Part shown: one piece after another, positions 14,102 through 24,199 of the stretch
Layout of the letters: each line of letters starts with the position of its first letter
Numbering within the stretch: the first letter of the stretch is position 1
Origin: Octopus vulgaris
Lineage: Eukaryota
Length of the DNA stretch: 64,000 nucleotides
Reading direction: 5' to 3'
NCBI GenBank assembly: GCA_951406725.2
Contig: OX597839.1
Span: 3,100,001-3,164,000, forward strand
Notes under the pieces: model-generated
Database searches by the model: none
The model's input: only the letters and a program-made list of their open reading frames with translations
Told to the model about the DNA's origin: nothing
Position numbers and translations under genes: made by a program

Positions 14102-16073
14102 TGTAGTGATGGTTTGTTGCCAACTGAATGTGGCAGTCCCAGGAAAGAGGAAAATGTTACTGCTATTTAGCCCCATGAAACACCGTTACCAGTTGGCCAC
14201 GTGACACAAGCATTCTAGGCCCTTATAGTTTCAAACATGAGAGATAAGCACCTCCACCCAGCAAAGCCAGCATCCAGAGACTAGTTTCAGAGTCATTGCT
14301 TATCATCAGTCTGGAGTAGCATGGCTTGCTAGCTTAATTCATTATTACAGGCACAAGGCCTAAATACAGAGAGGACATACAAAGACATACGGGAACAAAA
14401 AACACATGAAAAAAAGAATGTAAAATGAATTAAATTACAATGAAAATGAGATGTTCATCTCGGTCCTGCTCCGAGATGAAACCGTGAACTCCTTCCCCCC
14501 ACCCATTTTTTAAATTTACATTTTAACTAAATATTTCCAGCCCCGCTCGGAGGCGAAACTGCGACTTCCCTTTTGACTTTCACCATACAATTTTAAAACT
14601 TTTTTTTTTAAATATTCGTTCATATATTTCCAGAATTTACTTATTTCCTTTTTTTTTAGCAATAAGTTTAAGCAAATGCTTTTCACACAGTTTCTAAAAT
14701 AAATCACGACTTACCATTTCCTCTCCTTTTCGTCCACATTATTCACCACCGAGGTGCAGGGTTCGACATCTACCTCCAGCCTCAGTCAGATCAATCTTTC
14801 ACAATGTCTTTCAATTTTGAAATTCTTTCAAGTTTGGGCTGTCCTATATTTCACAATAAATTTTCCTTTTGTCTGTGTTTTGCGTGTTTTCACTTTTTGT
14901 CTCTATATTTCCGCAGTTTTTGGCTTCCACGTGATTGTGTCCGTGTATCCGTGTATTTGTGTGTCTGTATGTTCGTTTGACTGTAATTCTACGTGTTTCG
15001 TCTGTGTGTCTATGTCTTTAGGTTTCCGTAATTCTGGGTTGTCTTGTTTCTGTCCGTTATTACTTGTGTGCTTTTGCCTGTTCATGTGTTTAAGTGCCTG
15101 CTGGTCTGAATGCCTCTGTACTTGTAAGTTCTTTACTGGTGATCCTACTGGTAAATCTTCCTCGTTTCTCGTCGTGAGTTGGGCTTCTTCTTCCATTGTT
15201 TTGTGCTTCTTTAATCCCACTATTATCGGTGACTTCCTTCTCTCTTCGCTTTTCTTCTTCAGCTCCGAATTAAAAATTGCTGCTATTATCTACTCTGGGT
15301 CTATCGACGGTGGGATTCATCCCACCCTAATTCTAACAATTCTTTTGCCCAAAGTTTAGCATCAACGTCCATTTTTCTCCCTGTATCAGCCTGTTGTCGG
15401 GTTTTTTCGCCTCCTCTTCTGATACACAGGTTACTACTATCGACGCATGTATCTTTCCTCTTGTAAAGAACGTTATAGTCTCCTATTTTTTCTTCCAAGA
15501 TTTCTTCTATCTCTTCCTGCGGCGCGTGTTCCATTCTTCTATTTTCATTCAAAAATATTCTGAATATGACCGTCTTCGTTTCTATTTTCCTTTTTCCTCC
15601 ACTGGCAGGGTCATTTTTATATTTGACCCGTCTTTCTTTACCATACCATGATATTTGTTTATTAGCTTCTCATTCCACTGTATCATCTCCGACTTCAACA
15701 CACGTGGGTCTAGAGGAACTCGACCTCCAGTAGCCTCTGCGTAAATTTTCAATTTTTCAATTGTTTCACTACCACCCAATAATGGCGGCTTCGCACAAAA
15801 AATCGGCTAGAATTCTTCAAAAAATAACAAAGGCGTGGCCTTGCTAGCTGTCGACGCTTTGAAAACATAGATTTCAATATCTTAGAGAAATTTATACAGT
15901 AGATACACGATAAAGTGATGGTTTGTTGCCAACTGAATGTGGCAGTCCCAGGAAACGGAAAATTCTACTGTTATTTAGCTACAGGAAACACCGTTTCCAG
16001 TTGGATATGCGACACAAGCGTTATGTGTCCTTATGTTTTCAAAGAAGGGAGATAAGCACCTCTACCCAGCAAA
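14102..16073 (-). mobile_element. HHR-bearing non-autonomous retroelement with L1/Tx1-ORF1-like remnant and direct terminal repeat
   Basis: Frameshifted KTVIFRIFLN...EEIEEILEEK...RIRVGWIPPSIDPE*IIAAI resembles the ORF1 at 33.7-34.3 kb; 15914-16073 is a diverged direct repeat of 14105-14265; HHR at 14273-14315. Confidence 0.7.
14273..14315 (-). ncRNA. Type I hammerhead ribozyme
   Basis: Minus strand UCCAGA-CUGAUGA-weak stem II-GAAAC-UA-GUC^UCUGGA. Confidence 0.8.
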
Positions 16074-16101
16074 AGTGTCACATGGCCAACTGGAAACGGT
16101 G

Positions 16102-17330
16102 TTGTTAGAATTAGGATGGGAAGAATCTCACCGTCGATAGACCCAAAGTAGATAATAGCAGCAATTTTTAATTCGGAGCTGAAGAAGAAAAGCGATGAGA
16201 GAAGGAAGTCAGTGACGATAGTGGGATTAAAGAAGCACAAAACAATGGAAGAGGAAACCCGACCCACGACGAGAAACGAGGAAGATTTACCAGTAGGATC
16301 ACCAGTAAAGAACTTACAAGTACAGAGTCATTCAGACCAGCAGGCACTTAAACACATGAACAGGCAAAAGCACACAAGTAATAACGGACAGAAACAAGAC
16401 AACCCAGAATTACGGAAACCTAAAGACATAGACACACAGACGAAACACGTAGAATTACAGTCAAACGAATACACAGACACACAAATACACGAACACACGG
16501 ATACAATCACGCGAAAGCCAAAACCTGCAGAAATATAGAGACAAAAAGCGACAACATGCAAAACATAGACAAAAAGAAAATTTATTGTGAAATATAGGAC
16601 AGCCCAAACTTGAAAGAATTTCAAAATTGAAAGACATTGTGAAATATTGATCTGACTGAGGCTGGAGGTAGATGTCGAACCCTGCACCTCGGTGGTGAAT
16701 AATGTGGACGAAAATTCGTGATTTATTTCAGAAACTGTGTGAAATACATTTGGTTAAACTTACTGCTGAAAAAAAAAAGGAAGAAAAAAAGGAAATAAGT
16801 AAATTCTGGAAATATATGAACGAACATTTTAAAAAAAAAAGTTTTGATAATGTATGGTGAAAATCAAAAGGGAAGTCGCAGTTTCGCCTCCGAGCGGGGC
16901 TGGAAATATTTAGTTAAAATGTAAATTTAAAAACTTAAAGAAGTTCACGGTTTCATCTCGGAGCAGGACCGAGATGAACGTCTCATTTTCATTGTAATTG
17001 AATTCATTTTACATTCATTTTTTCATGTGTTTTTTGTTCCCGTATGTCTTTGTATGTCCTCTCTGTATTTAGGCCTTGTACCTGTAATAATGAATTAAGC
17101 TAGCAAGCCATGCTACTCCAGACTGATGATAAGCAATGACTCTGAAACTAGTCTCTGGATGCTGGCTTTACTGGGTGAAGGTGCTTATCTCTCATGTTTG
17201 AAACTGTAAGGGCCTAGAATGCTTGTGTCACGTGGCCATCTGGAAACGGTGTTTCATGGGGCTAAATAGCAGTAACACTTTCCTCTGTCCTGGGACTGCC
17301 ACATTCAGTTGGCAACAAACCATCACTACA
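16102..17330 (+). mobile_element. Inverted, 5'-truncated second copy of the 14102-15339 element
   Basis: Reverse complement of 14102-15339 with scattered substitutions and small indels; duplicated ORFs 14903-15220/16212-16538. Confidence 0.92.
17117..17159 (+). ncRNA. Type I hammerhead ribozyme
   Basis: tccaga CTGATGA taagcaatgactct GAAAC ta GTC tctgga; stem I extends agcca/tggct (17106-17110/17163-17167). Confidence 0.8.
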
Positions 17331-17339
17331 TGTGTGTGT

Positions 17340-17371
<32 letters not shown>

Positions 17372-17388
17372 TTCTGTGTGTGTGTGTG

Positions 17389-17541
17389 TATACAACGGGC
17401 TTCTCTCAATTTTCGTCCACCAAATCCACTCACAAGACTTTGGTCATCCCGAAGCTATATTAGATAGCTACCTAAGGTGTCACGCTGTAGGACTGAATCG
17501 GAAACCATGTGGTGGGGAAACAAGCTTCTTACCACACAGCC
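17389..17541 (-). mobile_element. SINE family A, diverged 5' half
   Basis: aaatccactcacaag...aagctttcttaccacacagcc. Confidence 0.8.
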
Positions 17542-18329
17542 TATGTATAGAAATAAAGTAACATGGACAAAGCTCCTTCGCGCGTCATATAGACTCGTGT
17601 AGACTGACGGACTCTCTGGCGTATATGCGCTCTACCTTCCTGGACGGGACACCGATCCGTCACTGGAACATTTACTTATGTCTGTCGTGTGAACTGGAGC
17701 AACATATCAAGTGTTTTGTTCGAGAACACTATATCGGGCGGTCCAGGAATCGAAAGAACAATATTACGCTCACGAGTCCAACACCACAACCACTAAGTCA
17801 TGCGCCTCCATACATACATATCTAAATACAGACATACGTCCATATACATGTATATATGCATACACACATATATTTATCCACATATGCATCTTCATCTTTC
17901 TTACGTGTGTTTGTGGGTATGCATGTGTGTGTGTGTGTGTGTGTGTGCGTGTGTGGGAGTCGGAGAGGCTTTGGAAAACGTTTGTACTATACTGGTCCAT
18001 TTCTGAATAAATAATTACCCACAAAATTAATAATAATAATAATATTAGTATTAATAATAAATATGCTTCTGGATGTTTATATATATTTCCATTTACACTT
18101 TATTAAAAATGCAAATATTCATATCCGAATTGATTGTAGCTATTTCATTTGCCCTCAATGCAGCATACATACACTATATATATATATATATATACATAAA
18201 TTTGCACACACACATATACATACAAATAAGTACGTACATATATAAGTATATATACAACAGGTTACAGGAAGAGACATGAACATGAAATGAAGGCAAATAA
18301 TTAAATGTATATATATAAACATACATTCA

Positions 18330-18396
<67 letters not shown>

Positions 18397-18735
18397 TGTT
18401 CTTAATGTTTACTATATATATATATATGCATACGTATGCATGCATATGTATGAATGTGTATATATACATACATACATAATACATCCATCCATACATACAT
18501 ACATATATCTTTGAGCAGCCTGACTTAATTATGTTATTATAGAGTTCTTCTTCGGATTAGATGTACTTTTATATCGTATACGTTAACACATGAATCTGAT
18601 TATTTATTGGACTCTATTGCTTGTCACTTTGCATGTAAACTATAAATTATTTATACACATATTATTCATATATAAGCATACGGATAAATATTCATATAGA
18701 TATGATATATTCATATATAGACATATTCATATATA

Positions 18736-18942
18736 TAACGGGAAGCTTTATGAAAATAAACAAAAGACGAAGGCAGGTGGAATACAAACAAACAATTGTA
18801 TTAGTATGGCGCTCAGGAATATAAAAAAAAAAACGAGTCTTTTACGTTTCGAGCCTACTCTCTTCAACAGAAAGATACACAGAAAAGAAACAAGGAGAGA
18901 AAAAAATTGTGTGCAGAAGCTAGCGAATCAACATGGCGATAT
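18736..18942 (-). mobile_element. Penelope-type terminal repeat (pLTR) copy with HHR-like motif
   Basis: Reverse complement of about 21565-21766; tcttt-CTGTTGA...GAAACGTA-aaaga at 18838-18875. Confidence 0.75.
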
Positions 18943-18944
18943 CT

Positions 18945-19350
18945 CTTTTACTCTTTTACATGTTTCAGTCATTTGACTGCGGCCATGCTGGAGCACCGCC
19001 TTTAGTCGAGCAACTCGACCCCGGGACTTATTCTTTGTAAGCCCAGTACTTATTCTATCGGTCTCTTTTGCCGAACCGCTAAGTGACGGGGACGTAAACA
19101 CACCAGCATCGGTTGTCAAGCAATGCTAGGGGGACAAACACAGACACACAAACATACACACACACACATATATATATACATATATACGACAGGCTTCTTT
19201 CAGTTTCCGTCTACCAAATCCACTCACAAGGCTTTGGTCGGCCCGAGGCTATAGCAGAAGACACTTGCCCAAGATGCCACGCAGTGGGACTGAACCCGGA
19301 ACCATGTCGCTGGTTAGCAAGCTACTTACCACACAGCCACTCCTACGCCT
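18945..19350 (-). mobile_element. SINE family A, full length, low divergence
   Basis: Complete head-to-tail match to 2017-2416; a deleted copy follows at 19430-19604. Confidence 0.92.
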
Positions 19351-20450
19351 ACGTATATAAATTGGTATTCACTTATATATATGTACATACATACACATTT
19401 ATATATATATATTCTTTTCTTCTTTTAATAGTTACAGTCACTTGACTGCAGTCATGCTGGTGGGGGGCACCGGCTTTAGTCGAAGAAATCAGTTTACGTC
19501 TACTAAATCCACTCACAAGGCGTTGGTCGGCCCTTGGTATAGCACAAGACACTTACCCAAGGTGCCACGTAGTAGAACTGAACCCGGAACCATGTGGTTG
19601 GGAAAATACTATGAATCAAGTTGCCCCTGAAATGTTAATACGAACGAAATAAAACAAGCTTCGCGTAAATCGGACCAGTAGTTATCGCGATATTCAGTGT
19701 TTCGGACTATAAATACCTAAAACGGTGCATAATGGGAAAGTATTCCGAATATATATACATCCTGAAAGGGAAGAAACTCTAACCTTTCGATAAGACACAG
19801 TGACTTGACAACGAAAAAAAAAAAAACTATTTGCTTTTTACAGTAAATGTTCCTATTTTCGCTTTTGTTAAACATTTTAATCATTTAGAAATATTTTTAA
19901 GTGAATGTGATTTCAAAATAGTAAGTTGTTTGTGAAGTATTTATATTTTAGCTTTCTTTAAACACACAATATTTTAATGTTTTTTAATCATTTTCAAGTG
20001 GATACCATTTCAAAAATCATTTTTGGCATATTTCAAAAATATGTGAAAATGTGAAAATGACTATAAAAATACGGTAAATATTTTGTAAAAGACCCGTTCA
20101 TAACCTCGGTGTGAAATAATTTTTTTCCATAGGTTTTTTCGAGTGCATTCATCGTATCTCACCGCCAAATATTTGGCTGCTATTTCTAGCACATCCTGCT
20201 ACCATATAAAGGACCCAAAATACATGTTACGTGGTAGCAGGGCGTGCAAGAAATAGCAGCCAAATCTTTCCTTTTCTGGAGAATCTTTCCTTTCCTGACC
20301 GTTTAAGCATGATTTTTTCACATTCGTTGAAAGCATGCGAAATAATCTGGAAAAGACGGTCATAACACAGGAAACAAAACTCCGTTGCTGGGAACTCAGA
20401 CTTTGCTGGTGACCCAACGGATCCCGTGGAGTCTAGTCTAGTCTAGTCTA

Positions 20451-20488
<38 letters not shown>

Positions 20489-20491
<3 letters not shown>

Positions 20492-20835
20492 ACCCGCCTC
20501 ACTAGCACCCACCATCGACCCTATCCCATCATCCACTCCTTCACCTGCACCTCCAGCAATATTATCTATTGCATCTCTTGCTCTCTCTGCAATTCCTTGT
20601 ATATCGGACAAACGGGACGCCGCTTGGCTGACCGGTTCGCGGAACACCTTCGTGACATCCACCTTGCGAACGACACACCGGTCTCACGCCATTTCCGCTC
20701 CACCGGTCACTCCTTGCAACACCTATCTGTGTTCGGTTTGTCCTTACACAGAGGCCATCCGGATTCCCGTTTGCGCCGTGAACAGGAATTAATCTTCTCC
20801 CTTCGCTCTTATACGCCATTTGGTCTCAACTCTCC
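20489..20835 (+). pseudogene. Penelope-like element GIY-YIG endonuclease domain (5'-truncated ORF)
   Basis: SFTCTSSNIIYCISCSLCNSLYIGQTGRRLADRFAEHLRDI...PVSRHF...RLRREQELIFSLRSYTPFGLN. Confidence 0.92.
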
Positions 20836-21764
20836 CCCCCCTCCTCATCTAACCCCCCTCCCCCCTCCTCACCTATCCTTTCTCCCCCCGACCCCTACTT
20901 CTACAGTCCTTCATCCTTTCACCCCTACTCCCCTTCCCTTCTTCCCTCTTTCTCCCTCCCTCTTCCCCTTCCCTCTGCTCCCTCACTCCCTCTCTCCCTC
21001 TTTCCTCCTTCATCCCCCTTCTCCCCCATCCTCTCCTCTTCCCCCTCTTCTTCCCCTCGCCTTCTCTCCCCCTCTTCTCCCCCTCCCCTCTTCTCCTCAC
21101 TACACCACATGACTTTACACATCACATCACATATGATGTGCCATACTAATACACACACCAACTAATACATACTAATACGTACTAATACATACCAGTACAT
21201 ACTAATACTTACACCAACCCTATACATACACACGTCCAGACCCCGCATACGCACTTATACTCTCTCACACACACACACACACACCTATACATACCAATAC
21301 GTACTAATACATACTAATACATACTAATACATACACCAACCCCATACATACGCACGTCCAGACCAATCTTACGCACTAATACTCTCTCATACACACACAC
21401 ACACCCTTATACATACTAATACATACACCAACCCTATACATACACACATCCAGACCCCTCCCACGCACTTTTAGCTGGTCCCTCAACCCTTTTATCAACC
21501 CTATTATCTCCCCTTATTTCGCTCTCGCGTCTCATGTTTGATCTTTGACCTCTGGCCGAAATCAGATCGCCATGTTGATTCGTTAGCTACTGCACGCATT
21601 TTTTTTCTCTCCTTCTTTCTGTGTTTTTCTCTCTCTGTTGAAGAGCGTAGGCTCGAAACGTTAAAGACTTGTTTTATTTATATTTCCTGAGCGCCATACT
21701 AATACAATTGTTCGTTTGTTTTCCACCTGCCTTCGTCTTTTGTTTATTTTCATAAAGCTTCCCG

Positions 21765-21766
<2 letters not shown>
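20489..21766 (+). mobile_element. 5'-truncated Penelope-like element inserted in (TA)n
   Basis: GIY-YIG, pyrimidine-rich and about 110-bp triplicated UTR (21150-21470), terminus with HHR-like motif 21630-21667, TA tracts on both sides. Confidence 0.82.
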
Positions 21767-21804
<38 letters not shown>

Positions 21805-21999
21805 TAATTCTCTAAAAGGGATATAGACAGTAACTGCTCGATAACATAAGGGACTAAAGCCATCTGAATATGGCTAGGGACAGGGCAGGGTGGTGGGGGT
21901 GTTACTGTTGCATTTAGCCCCAGGCGAACATCGACGTCACCAGAAAGGCTCGACACCGTCACGGTGCCCTTAACCTGCAAAGGGAGGTAATTCCCCGAT

Positions 22000-22073
22000 G
22001 AAGCGGAAACCACACACGGACCATGGTTTCAAGGTGTATTGCCTATCATCGGCGTGTGGTAGGCCTCCGCTTC
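22000..22073 (-). ncRNA. Type I hammerhead ribozyme (CCGAUGA core)
   Basis: Reverse complement of 22489-22562. Confidence 0.75.
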
Positions 22074-22488
22074 CTCGACGAATTCTCACTCTGCAGGATT
22101 TTCTTATATAGATTTTCAAGCAAAATACATTTGCTGATTTCGAAAATCTGTTCGAAAGCAATAATAATTCTCTAAAAGGGATATAGACAGTAACTGCTCG
22201 ATAACATAAGGGACTAAAGCCATCTGAATATGGCTAGGGACAGGGCAGGGTGGTGGGGGTGTTACTGTTGCATTTAGCCCCAGGCGAACATCGACGTCAA
22301 CACCCCCACCACCCTGCCCTGTCCCTAGCCATATTCAGATGGCTTTAGTCCCTTATGTTATCGAGCAGTTACTGTCTATATCCCTTTTAGAGGAATTATT
22401 ATTGCTTTCGAACAGATTTTCGAAATCAGCAAATGTATTTTGCTTGAAAATCTATATAGAAAATCCTGCAGAGTGAGAATTCGTCGAG

Positions 22489-22562
22489 GAAGCGGAGGCC
22501 TACCACACGCCGATGATAGGCAATACACCTTGAAACCATGGTCCGTGTGTGGTTTCCGCTTC
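22489..22562 (+). ncRNA. Type I hammerhead ribozyme (CCGAUGA core); repeated at 22849-22922, 23209-23282 and 23569-23642
   Basis: cacacg CCGATGA t-agg caataca cct-t GAAAC catg GTC^ cgtgtg; distal stem I gaagcgga/tccgcttc. Confidence 0.78.
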
Positions 22563-23794
22563 ATCGGGGAATTACCTCCCTTTGCAGGTTAAGGGCACCG
22601 TGACGGTGTCGAGCCTTTCTGGTGACGTCGATGTTCGCCTGGGGCTAAATGCAACAGTAACACCCCCACCACCCTGCCCTGTCCCTAGCCATATTCAGAT
22701 GGCTTTAGTCCCTTATGTTATCGAGCAGTTACTGTCTATATCCCTTTTAGAGAATTATTATTGCTTTCGAACAGATTTTCGAAATCAGCAAATGTATTTT
22801 GCTTGAAAATCTATATAAGAAAATCCTGCAGAGTGAGAATTCGTCGAGGAAGCGGAGGCCTACCACACGCCGATGATAGGCAATACACCTTGAAACCATG
22901 GTCCGTGTGTGGTTTCCGCTTCATCGGGGAATTACCTCCCTTTGCAGGTTAAGGGCACCGTGACGGTGTCGAGCCTTTCTGGTGACGTCGATGTTCGCCT
23001 GGGGCTAAATGCAACAGTAACACCCCCACCACCCTGCCCTGTCCCTAGCCATATTCAGATGGCTTTAGTCCCTTATGTTATCGAGCAGTTACTGTCTATA
23101 TCCCTTTTAGAGAATTATTATTGCTTTCGAACAGATTTTCGAAATCAGCAAATGTATTTTGCTTGAAAATCTATATAAGAAAATCCTGCAGAGTGAGAAT
23201 TCGTCGAGGAAGCGGAGGCCTACCACACGCCGATGATAGGCAATACACCTTGAAACCATGGTCCGTGTGTGGTTTCCGCTTCATCGGGGAATTACCTCCC
23301 TTTGCAGGTTAAGGGCACCGTGACGGTGTCGAGCCTTTCTGGTGACGTCGATGTTCGCCTGGGGCTAAATGCAACAGTAACACCCCCACCACCCTGCCCT
23401 GTCCCTAGCCATATTCAGATGGCTTTAGTCCCTTATGTTATCGAGCAGTTACTGTCTATATCCCTTTTAGAGAATTATTATTGCTTTCGAACAGATTTTC
23501 GAAATCAGCAAATGTATTTTGCTTGAAAATCTATATAAGAAAATCCTGCAGAGTGAGAATTCGTCGAGGAAGCGGAGGCCTACCACACGCCGATGATAGG
23601 CAATACACCTTGAAACCATGGTCCGTGTGTGGTTTCCGCTTCATCGGGGAATTACCTCCCTTTGCAGGTTAAGGGCACCGTGACGGTGTCGAGCCTTTCT
23701 GGTGACGTCGATGTTCGCCTGGGGCTAAATGCAACAGTAACACCCCCACCACCCTGCCCTGTCCCTAGCCATATTCAGATGGCTTTAGTCCCTT

Positions 23795-23831
<37 letters not shown>

Positions 23832-23832
<1 letters not shown>

Positions 23833-24152
23833 AGGGCGCGTGGCTTAGTGGTTAGGGCATTCGGCTCATGATCGTAAGCTTGTGAGTTCGATTCCCGGCG
23901 ACGCGTTGTGTCCTTGAGCAAGACACTTTATTTCACGTTGCTCCAGTCCACTCAGCTGGCAAAAATGAGTTGTACTTGTATTTCAAAGGGTCAGCCTTGT
24001 CACTCTCTGTGTCACGCTGATTATCCCCGAGAACTACGTTAAGGGTACACGTGTCTGTGGAATGCTCAGCCATTTGCACGTTAATTTCACGAGCAAGCTG
24101 TTCCGTTGATCGTATCAGCTGGGACCCTCGTCGTCGTAACCGGCGGAGTCTT
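23832..24152 (+). mobile_element. tRNA-derived SINE, head B + tail X
   Basis: A box tggcttagtgg, B box gttcgattcc, ccttgagcaagacactt core. Confidence 0.9.
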
Positions 24153-24199
24153 TAAACTATATATATATATATATATATATCTTCGCTACTATTTCTTTG

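Larger units (their letters stand above)
21800..23799. mobile_element. Retrozyme-like 360-bp tandem array with internal inversion
   Basis: Period exactly 360 (identical ORFs at 22549, 22909, 23269); minus arm 21800-22299, plus arm 22299-23799; one HHR per unit; TA tracts on both sides. Confidence 0.88.

Noticed and set aside
14150-14185. gctatttagc resembling dicistrovirus IGR-IRES stem-loop IV
   Set aside because: Antisense to the HHR and ORF, hairpin not kept in the 360-bp unit, and no other IRES elements evident
14754-15359. 201-aa hydrophobic ORF on plus
   Set aside because: Antisense shadow of the A-rich retroelement strand
22633-22712. Group I intron R/S-like words (ggggctaaa / tttagtcc), group II domain V-like gagcc, and HDV-like ggctaa
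   Set aside because: The tttagtcc partner is absent in the homologous module at 14-17 kb, and the required helices could not be built
21800-23799. CRISPR array or ordinary satellite
   Set aside because: No unique spacers or cas genes; few copies, an inversion and an HHR per unit argue against a simple satellite
22549-23871. Repeated 85-aa and 63-aa ORFs in the array
   Set aside because: Non-ATG starts, no recognisable domain; by-products of the 360-bp period
23832-23905. tRNA gene
   Set aside because: A/B boxes continue into a multi-copy SINE body; no acceptor stem or terminator
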